From: Bacillota bacterium
Lineage (GTDB): Bacteria; Bacillota; Sulfobacillia; Fermentithermobacillales; Fermentithermobacillaceae
NCBI GenBank assembly: GCA_040880305.1
Contig: JBBDIP010000043.1
Coordinates: forward strand, 12,730 to 76,729
Reading direction: 5' to 3'
Length of the DNA stretch: 64,000 bases
In this document: positions 57,496-64,000 of the stretch, in pieces
Numbering within the stretch: the stretch's first letter is position 1
How the letters are laid out: each line of letters starts with the position of its first letter
Notes under the pieces: generated by a model
Told to the model about the DNA's origin: nothing
What the model saw: only the letters and a program-made list of their open reading frames with translations
Databases searched by the model: none
Program-made: the position numbers and the translations under genes

Positions 57496-59958
57496 TTGGC
57501 GACTAATATGATATGGCTGGGACCTTTCCAGAGGAGAATGCGGGAGGTGCACGACTTGAACTCATTCAAGCAGGAAAAGAAGTCCTACCCGCTGCTGCCC
57601 CTTCGAAATATGACTGTCTTCCCTGGCACTACCATCTCAGTGGAAGTTGGCCGCCAGAAGTCTCTTCGGGCGGTGGAGATAGCTGAGGGTACCGATTCCC
57701 GTATCGTCATGTGCATGCAAAAGGACAACGATGTTACGGACCCGATCCCGTCGCAGATCCACGAGGTAGGGACGTTGGGCCACATCAGAGAGTCGGTCAG
57801 GAATGCCGCCGGGCATTACCGCGTGGTGATCGAGGGGATCTCCCGCGTAAAATTGTCTTCATTCCTCACCAGCGAGCCCTCATACATCGTCTCAGTCGAG
57901 GAACTGGCTGAGAAGTCGGTCGATGGGGTTGACCGGGACGATGTAACCAAGACCCTCATGGAGCAGTACGAGGAGTATGTGCGCGCGACCAAGAAGGTCA
58001 CCGCCGACACACTCATCTCTGTCGCTACTCTGACCGACCCCGGGCAGCTCTGCGACTCCATCGCCTCGAATATCCCGATCTCACTCCCAGACAAGCAGTT
58101 CCTGCTCGAGACCGCATCGGTCAAGGATCGCGTCAATAAGCTGGTTACGCTGCTCTCCAAAGAAATCGAGATGGTCGGCCTCGAGAAGAGGATCAACCGG
58201 CGCGTCCGCGAGCAGATAGAGCGGAGCCAGAAGGAGTATTGGCTCAGGGAGCAGATGAAGGCCATCCAGAAGGAACTGGGCGATCGGGAAGAGGCTACGA
58301 GCGAGACCGACGAGTTCAGGAAGAAGATAGAGAAGGCCGGCCTCACCAGTGAGGCCAAGGAGAAGGCCCTTCGCGAGGTCGATCGGCTGGAGAAGATGCC
58401 TCAAGCTTCGGCCGAAGCCGTGGTCGTCCGGACCTACCTTGAGTGGATGGTCTCACTCCCGTGGGGCGTCGTGACCGATGACCGGATCGACGTGGTCGGT
58501 GCGCAGAAGATACTGGATGAGGACCACTTCGGCCTGGCTGAGGTCAAGGAGAGGATTCTGGAATACCTGGCCATAAGGAAACTGGTCGACAAGCCCAAGG
58601 GCCCGATCCTTTGCTTCGTTGGACCGCCCGGAGTCGGCAAGACTTCGCTGGCCAAGTCCATCGCCCGCGCCTTGAACAGGAAGTTCGCCAGGATCTCTCT
58701 TGGCGGCGTCCGCGACGAGGCCGAGATAAGGGGACACAGGCGCACCTACATCGGCGCCCTACCCGGCCGGATCATCCAGGGCATCCGCAATTCGGGCGCG
58801 AGGAACCCGGTATTCCTAATGGACGAGATTGACAAGCTGGCTTCTGACTTCAGGGGCGACCCGGCCGCGGCTTTGCTGGAGGTCCTGGACCCCGAGCAGA
58901 ACCACACCTTCTCGGACCACTACCTTGAGGTCCCGTTCGACCTCTCAAGGGTCATGTTCATAACCACTGCCAATACCAGCCACTCTATCCCGCGCGCGCT
59001 TCTCGACCGCATGGAGGTAATCACGCTTCCGGGATACACCGAGGAAGAGAAGGCAAGCATAGGCAGTCAGTTCCTGGTCCCCAAGGAGCTGAAGGAGCAC
59101 GGGCTGACGGGCGGCGACCTTGGCATAAGCAAGGACGCTCTCAGAGAGGTGATCCGCTCCTACACCCGCGAAGCGGGAGTCCGTAACCTGGAGCGGCAGA
59201 TCGCCACCATTTGCAGAAAGACCGCCAAGGACCTGGTCTCGGGCAAGAAGAAGAAGGTCCGGGTAACTGCAAAGAACCTCGACAAGTACCTGGGCATCCC
59301 CAGGTTCCGATATGGGCAAGCCGAGAAGGAGGACCAAGTGGGCGTGGCAACCGGCCTGGCCGTGACCGACGTTGGCGGCGACGTCCTGTCGTGCGAGGTC
59401 AGCGTGGTCAAAGGCAAGGGGAACCTCACCCTCACCGGCCACCTCGGAGACGTGATGAGGGAGTCAGCGCAAGCCGGCCTGAGCTACCTGCGTTCCAGGG
59501 CCCTTGACCTGGGGTTGGGCGATAATTTCTACGAGACCGTCGACATCCACGTCCACGTCCCCGAAGGAGCGGTGCCGAAAGACGGACCTTCCGCCGGGAT
59601 CACCTTGACCTGCGCGATGGCTTCCGCCCTGACCAACAGGCCCGTGCGGCACGACCTTGCGATGACCGGCGAGGTCACATTGCGCGGCCGCGTCCTCCCG
59701 GTCGGCGGAGTCAAAGAGAAAATTCTGGCTGCCCATCGTTCGGGCATTGTGAACATCATCATTCCGGAGGAGAACCGAAAGGATTTGGAAGAGGTTCCCG
59801 CTAACATTCGCGAGGAACTCAGCGTGACTCTGGTCACTCATATGGACGAGGTGCTGTCGACCGCACTGGTGAAGGAACCCAAAGAGGAGCTTGTGAATAT
59901 CCCTTGCATAGGCGAGCCAAAAACCCGCGATCACGTGGCGATTTCCGACGTCCACTGA
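57496..59958 (+). CDS. lon: ATP-dependent protease Lon (LonA)
   Basis: LON N-domain [14 protein letters not shown]. Walker [16 protein letters not shown]. Protease site [10 protein letters not shown]. The start is uncertain (57496, 57538 or 57547). Confidence 0.93.
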   Translation: MATNMIWLGPFQRRMREVHDLNSFKQEKKSYPLLPLRNMTVFPGTTISVEVGRQKSLRAVEIAEGTDSRIVMCMQKDNDVTDPIPSQIHEVGTLGHIRESVRNAAGHYRVVIEGISRVKLSSFLTSEPSYIVSVEELAEKSVDGVDRDDVTKTLMEQYEEYVRATKKVTADTLISVATLTDPGQLCDSIASNIPISLPDKQFLLETASVKDRVNKLVTLLSKEIEMVGLEKRINRRVREQIERSQKEYWLREQMKAIQKELGDREEATSETDEFRKKIEKAGLTSEAKEKALREVDRLEKMPQASAEAVVVRTYLEWMVSLPWGVVTDDRIDVVGAQKILDEDHFGLAEVKERILEYLAIRKLVDKPKGPILCFVGPPGVGKTSLAKSIARALNRKFARISLGGVRDEAEIRGHRRTYIGALPGRIIQGIRNSGARNPVFLMDEIDKLASDFRGDPAAALLEVLDPEQNHTFSDHYLEVPFDLSRVMFITTANTSHSIPRALLDRMEVITLPGYTEEEKASIGSQFLVPKELKEHGLTGGDLGISKDALREVIRSYTREAGVRNLERQIATICRKTAKDLVSGKKKKVRVTAKNLDKYLGIPRFRYGQAEKEDQVGVATGLAVTDVGGDVLSCEVSVVKGKGNLTLTGHLGDVMRESAQAGLSYLRSRALDLGLGDNFYETVDIHVHVPEGAVPKDGPSAGITLTCAMASALTNRPVRHDLAMTGEVTLRGRVLPVGGVKEKILAAHRSGIVNIIIPEENRKDLEEVPANIREELSVTLVTHMDEVLSTALVKEPKEELVNIPCIGEPKTRDHVAISDVH

Positions 59959-60028
59959 GAATTGACTCGCCTGGTTGTCCGTGCAATAATCACTTGCGAC
60001 AACACACGCAACAAGGGAGCGTGCCCGG

Positions 60029-61060
60029 ATGGCTGTGATAGGAATTACATTCAACCTGAAGGGTGAACCGGTGGACGATGGAGAGCCTCCGGACTCACAT
60101 GCAGAGTTTGATTCAGAGTCGACCGTAAATGCTATCGCTGATGCCCTGCGTGCCTATGGTCATCATGCTGTCTTGATTGAAGGGAACGAAACCGCCTACG
60201 CGAAGCTGCGCGGTCGTCGCCTCGACATGGTGTTCAACTTGTGTGAGGGCGTGAGGGGCGAGTCCAGGGAGAGCCACATCCCCGCCGTTCTCGAGATGCT
60301 GGGGATCCCCTACACCGGCTCGGGAGTCCTGGCGCTGGCGCTCACTCTCGACAAGCCTCTCACCAAGAAGGTGCTGGCTTACCACGGGATCCCGACGCCG
60401 CGGTTCAAAGTCTTCACGTCGGAATCCGACGTAGACGCCCGCGGGCTAAGTTTTCCTGTGTTCGTCAAACCCGCCCACGAGGGGTCCAGCATGGGCATCT
60501 CGACCAGTTGCTACTGCAATAACGTCAGGGAGCTCCGGAGTGAAGTGAAGAGACTCGCGGGCCTCTACCACCAATCGGTGCTGGTTGAGGATTACCTGCC
60601 AGGGCAGGAGTTTACCGTTGCCATACTGGGCAACAAGAAGCCCGAGATCTTCCCTGTAATGGAGATCAACTTCGACGCGGTGCCCAGGGACCACGGCCGG
60701 ATCTACTCCCGCCAGTTCAAGACCGACTGGTTTGAAGACATTTACTACCTGTGCCCGGCTCCCATCTCATCCGACCTTGAGCAGCAGCTCAAGGACACCG
60801 CGCTAAAGACCTACCGGGTGCTGGGATGCCGTGACCTATCCCGCGTGGACCTCCGGTTGGATAAGAACGGCGTGCCCAATGTATTGGAGGTAAACCCGCT
60901 GCCAGGCATGGCTCCCGGGTTCTCCGATTACCCCCGGATCGCCGAAAAGGGCGGCTGGTCCTACACCGAGCTGGTCAACGGCATACTTGAGTCGGCTCTC
61001 CGCCGTCTGGGGATGACCCACCTGTCAGCCCCGGCGTTTCAAAGGCAGATAGCAGACTAG
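60029..61060 (+). CDS. D-Ala-D-Ala ligase-family ATP-grasp ligase (third Ddl-like paralog)
   Basis: Motifs FPVFVKPAHEGSSMGI and LEVNPLPG. Colinear with 46061 and 49857. Confidence 0.8.
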   Translation: MAVIGITFNLKGEPVDDGEPPDSHAEFDSESTVNAIADALRAYGHHAVLIEGNETAYAKLRGRRLDMVFNLCEGVRGESRESHIPAVLEMLGIPYTGSGVLALALTLDKPLTKKVLAYHGIPTPRFKVFTSESDVDARGLSFPVFVKPAHEGSSMGISTSCYCNNVRELRSEVKRLAGLYHQSVLVEDYLPGQEFTVAILGNKKPEIFPVMEINFDAVPRDHGRIYSRQFKTDWFEDIYYLCPAPISSDLEQQLKDTALKTYRVLGCRDLSRVDLRLDKNGVPNVLEVNPLPGMAPGFSDYPRIAEKGGWSYTELVNGILESALRRLGMTHLSAPAFQRQIAD

Positions 61061-61366
61061 GGCAAAAGCAGAGCGATAGCGGCGCTTTTGCCGCGCCGCA
61101 AGCCATACCGCTGGATGTGGCGAGTCTGCGAGCAACACCCGCGGTTTGGCGGGATGGCATTCACCTTCAGATTGTTAGGCCACCTTGGCCAGGGCCGCGC
61201 TCCCCGCGAAGGAAGCGCGGTCTTTTGATCCTAACGCCTTCTAGCGCTGGCCGAATTTACATCCCGCCCTGTGCAGGGAGAATGGTTCCCCCGTTGAAAT
61301 TTCTAAGAGACCCGCAACATTGCATCACTACAGTGCGGGGATTCTCCAGAGGAAGAGGCGCGTGTC

Positions 61367-61915
61367 TTGGCTATCGTTGAACGCAAGACTGGACCGATCT
61401 TCGCGGGCCCTCGGGTGAGGTTGCGGCCCGTAGCAGAAAGCGACCTGCCCGATCTCATGAGGTGGGACAACGACCCGGAGGTCACACGGTGGGCGGGGAA
61501 GAGGTTTGAGAACGATGAGGATGCGCGCGAGTGGTACCTCTCGGGAAGGAACCTGCAGCGTAGGACCTTCGCCATTGACGCGGATGACGTCGGGTTCATC
61601 GGAGAGATAGAGGTCATCAATATCTCATGGCGGTTGCACAGCGCGGAGCTCCGTATCTTCATAGGCGAGAAGGATCTCTGGAACCGCGGGCTGGGCGAGG
61701 AGTCGGTCAGGGCCTTAATGCAGGGCTTGTTTGAGACAACTACTTTGAACGAGGTATTCCTCAGGGTCGACGAGCACAACGAACGAGCGAAACGCTGCTA
61801 CTCAAAAGTGGGTTTCCGCGCCAAAGGTCGGATTCGACTTGGCCTCGATTCGGACGAGCCCTCCTCTTTAGTCCTCATGATACTGACCCGCCTCGGTCTG
61901 CGGATATCTACCTGA
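61367..61915 (+). CDS. GNAT family N-acetyltransferase (RimJ/RimL-like)
   Basis: VRLRPVAESDLPDLMRWDNDPEV at the N-terminus and WNRGLGEESVRAL motif A. Confidence 0.8.
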   Translation: MAIVERKTGPIFAGPRVRLRPVAESDLPDLMRWDNDPEVTRWAGKRFENDEDAREWYLSGRNLQRRTFAIDADDVGFIGEIEVINISWRLHSAELRIFIGEKDLWNRGLGEESVRALMQGLFETTTLNEVFLRVDEHNERAKRCYSKVGFRAKGRIRLGLDSDEPSSLVLMILTRLGLRIST

Positions 61916-61963
61916 TCCACGCGAGAGCAGGGATTTGTGGGTTGCCGGCAGGAGAGCGAAAGG

Positions 61964-61992
61964 TTGTTTTCGTCCGACGTGTCTGCTATAAT
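61964..61992 (+). promoter_or_regulatory. Sigma-A-type promoter for tRNA-Val
   Basis: TTGTTT, 17-nt spacer, TATAAT. It lies 12 nt before the tRNA 5-prime end. Confidence 0.5.
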
Positions 61993-62003
61993 GGCTCAAA
62001 CGT

Positions 62004-62080
62004 GGGGAGTTGGCTCAGGCGGTTAGAGCGCGTGCCTCACATGCACGAGGTCTGGGGTTCGAGTCCCTAACTCCCCACCA
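62004..62080 (+). tRNA. trnV: tRNA-Val (CAC)
   Basis: Acceptor GGGGAGT/ACTCCCC. Anticodon loop CTCACAT. CCA is encoded. Confidence 0.9.
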
Positions 62081-62775
62081 TGTACATCCCACGCAAGTCC
62101 TTTATCGAGGTCCCCATGGAGAAACGGCCCGAAATCCTTTCCTTTGCGCTAGACAGTGAGCCCGTGAGATACCTCCGGTTGCGCGACCACAGACTCGCTC
62201 GCCTCATCGACACGGTAGGCGACGTTGCGGCAGATCTGCGGGGCACTCCGTTCTCGGCGTTGGTTAGGTCCATTGTCGGGCAGCAATTGTCCGGCCGGGC
62301 GGCCGCTTCCATCTGGGCGAAACTCCAGTCAGCCTGCGGGGAGGTCTCACCCGCGCGTCTGGAGCGCCTTGACGATGGCACTCTTAGGGCCGCGGGGCTC
62401 TCCAGGCCCAAAGTGGCTTATCTGCGTGATCTGACCCACCGCACCATGTCCGGTGACCTTGACCTTGCAGCTTTGCCCTCTATGTCCGATGAGCAGCTCA
62501 TTCAACACCTCACTGCAGTGCACGGCATCGGGGTGTGGACCGCCCAGATGTTCATGATCTTCTGCCTGGGCAGGTCGGATGTCTTTGCTCCCAAGGACCT
62601 GGGCCTGCGCAGCGCGATGAAGTGGTTATACTCCTTGCCGGCCCTCCCCTCTGAGAAGGAGTCCATCCCCATAGCCGAAACCTGGCGCCCATACCGCACT
62701 GTCGCGTCCCTCTACCTCTGGGAAGCCGTCACCAGGAAGCTCACTCAGCCGGGTGGAACACTGATCCCGAGGTGA
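62080..62775 (+). CDS. alkA: DNA-3-methyladenine glycosylase II (AlkA-like, HhH-GPD)
   Basis: Motifs IVGQQLSGRAAASIW and LTAVHGIGVWTAQMF. The true start may be the internal Met at 62116. Confidence 0.8.
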   Translation: MYIPRKSFIEVPMEKRPEILSFALDSEPVRYLRLRDHRLARLIDTVGDVAADLRGTPFSALVRSIVGQQLSGRAAASIWAKLQSACGEVSPARLERLDDGTLRAAGLSRPKVAYLRDLTHRTMSGDLDLAALPSMSDEQLIQHLTAVHGIGVWTAQMFMIFCLGRSDVFAPKDLGLRSAMKWLYSLPALPSEKESIPIAETWRPYRTVASLYLWEAVTRKLTQPGGTLIPR

Positions 62776-62780
62776 CGACT

Positions 62781-63563
62781 ATGCAGTTGACTGTCCTTGG
62801 TAAGTACTCCCCTTTTCCAGCGCCAGGCGGGGCCGGTCCCGGATACTGGATCGAGAGTGGTGTGCGCGCCGGGGATGGCGGCTTGATCGCCGGGGACGGC
62901 GGCTCCACAGGTGTGCTGCTTGACTGCGGGCCGGGCGTGCTCGCGCGCTTCCAGGAGGTAGTCGGGCCGCTCCGTACCATCCGCTGGGTCATACTGTCTC
63001 ACCTGCATTTTGACCATACGTCGGATTTCCACGTCCTTCGCTACGCGGCCGTGCCAGACGGCCGGTGCAAAGACCTTCCTCAGCATGTGACGGTGTACGC
63101 GCCGCGGGAGCCGGAGCGCGAGTTCTCGCTGTTGGACTACAAGGAAGCCGTGGACGCGCGGGCTATTGAAGAAGGAAGGCAGCTCCAACTGGGGGGCCTG
63201 ACGGTGTCGTTCTTCGCCGGCAAGCACGCGCTTCCGTGCTACGCCGTGAGGATAGAGGGTCCGGATGGGGTGGTGGCCTATTCAGGCGATTCGCGGCCGT
63301 CTGATTCGCAGGTAAAGGCTGCGTCCAGGGCAGACCTATTCCTCTGCGAGGCGTCGGCCATCGAGCGTGACGCGGCTATCGCCGCTGCCGGGCATTTGAC
63401 CGCGCGCCAGGCAGGCGAAGTGGCAAGGCAGGCGGGGGTCAAGAAACTGCTGCTCACGCACTTGTGGCCTTCTTACGACGAGGGGCAGCTGCTAGAGGAA
63501 TGCCGCGAGGTCTTCCCGGATGCCGAGATCGCATGCGAGCGCTCGACGTATCGCGTGCGGTAG
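62781..63563 (+). CDS. MBL-fold metallo-hydrolase
   Basis: Motif LSHLHFDHTSD. Start set to the ATG at 62781 behind GAGG. Confidence 0.75.
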   Translation: MQLTVLGKYSPFPAPGGAGPGYWIESGVRAGDGGLIAGDGGSTGVLLDCGPGVLARFQEVVGPLRTIRWVILSHLHFDHTSDFHVLRYAAVPDGRCKDLPQHVTVYAPREPEREFSLLDYKEAVDARAIEEGRQLQLGGLTVSFFAGKHALPCYAVRIEGPDGVVAYSGDSRPSDSQVKAASRADLFLCEASAIERDAAIAAAGHLTARQAGEVARQAGVKKLLLTHLWPSYDEGQLLEECREVFPDAEIACERSTYRVR

Positions 63564-63580
63564 ACATGTCGCCTGCGCGC

Positions 63581-64000
63581 CTAGGAGGATGCGTCCTTAG
63601 CCACGGAGGGTCTTCGCGGCGACAGAGCCAGCGCTACGGGCGTGATGCATATGGCGGTGAGAAGGGCGCCTGCCACAAGCCCCAAGCGTAGCCCCAGATG
63701 GTCCCCCAGATAGCCGATTAGGGGGAAAGTGACCATCATGGAGAGGCTGAACATCATGCCTCCCGACGACAGAACTGCGGCCCTGTTTAATGACCCGGTC
63801 CGCGCATTCACCGCATCGGAGAACAGCGGGTAAAGCGTCTCCTGGACTATCGGGATCGCCACATACAGAGCAACGGCCCCGGCGCGCGGCAGCCATCCGG
63901 CGGCGCCGGGAACCAGTCCCAGAGCGACCACCAGCGCAGGGAGCGCGAAACTGCCCGCCACCACCGGCGCTTTCTGCCCAAACCTCTTCTGCAGTTTGTG
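63581..64000 (-). CDS. MFS-type transporter, C-terminal part (gene continues beyond the window)
   Basis: Hydrophobic TM-rich translation. The frame is open to the window edge. Confidence 0.55.
   Translation of the reverse strand, partial: HKLQKRFGQKAPVVAGSFALPALVVALGLVPGAAGWLPRAGAVALYVAIPIVQETLYPLFSDAVNARTGSLNRAAVLSSGGMMFSLSMMVTFPLIGYLGDHLGLRLGLVAGALLTAICITPVALALSPRRPSVAKDASS

Noticed and set aside
61117-61380. 87-aa ORF in the spacer before the GNAT gene
   Set aside because: The composition is Arg/Pro-rich, there is no RBS, and the ORF overlaps hairpin structures. It is more likely non-coding.

Overview
The window looks like chromosomal DNA from a high-G+C, GGAGG-RBS, endospore-type Bacillota-like bacterium. 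This lineage call is an inference from lonB, the tig-clpP-clpX-lonB-lon order, the gap-pgk-tpiA-gpmI-eno-secG order and a B. subtilis-like tmRNA tag. The core backbone is sigA (5-prime partial), a split chromate transporter, the glycolytic operon, smpB plus tmRNA, rph-rdgB, an amino-acid ABC transporter, a 7-tRNA array and the protease/chaperone block. Two accessory-looking stretches interrupt it. (1) About 25.5-34.4 kb holds three paralogous S41 lipoprotein peptidases (one frameshifted), an SPL-type radical SAM gene, a HepT/MNT toxin-antitoxin pair, a decayed duplicate of the S41/radical-SAM junction, and a visibly AT-richer methyltransferase abutting tRNA-Pro. (2) About 34.4-50.9 kb holds a run of apparently cytosolic peptidases (TldD/PmbA, PrsW, M14, GGT, serine hydrolase). 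It is followed by what I read as a ydaO-type c-di-AMP riboswitch in front of a translationally coupled 4-gene operon: a Ddl-like ATP-grasp ligase, an opine dehydrogenase, a B12-binding-like/mutase-like fusion and a second ATP-grasp ligase. I cannot assign this operon to a known pathway, and it is my best candidate for an undescribed system. A phased 52-bp tandem palindrome array lies between clpX and lonB. All product calls rest on motifs read from the supplied translations and on recall of protein families; no searches were run. Start codons are approximate.
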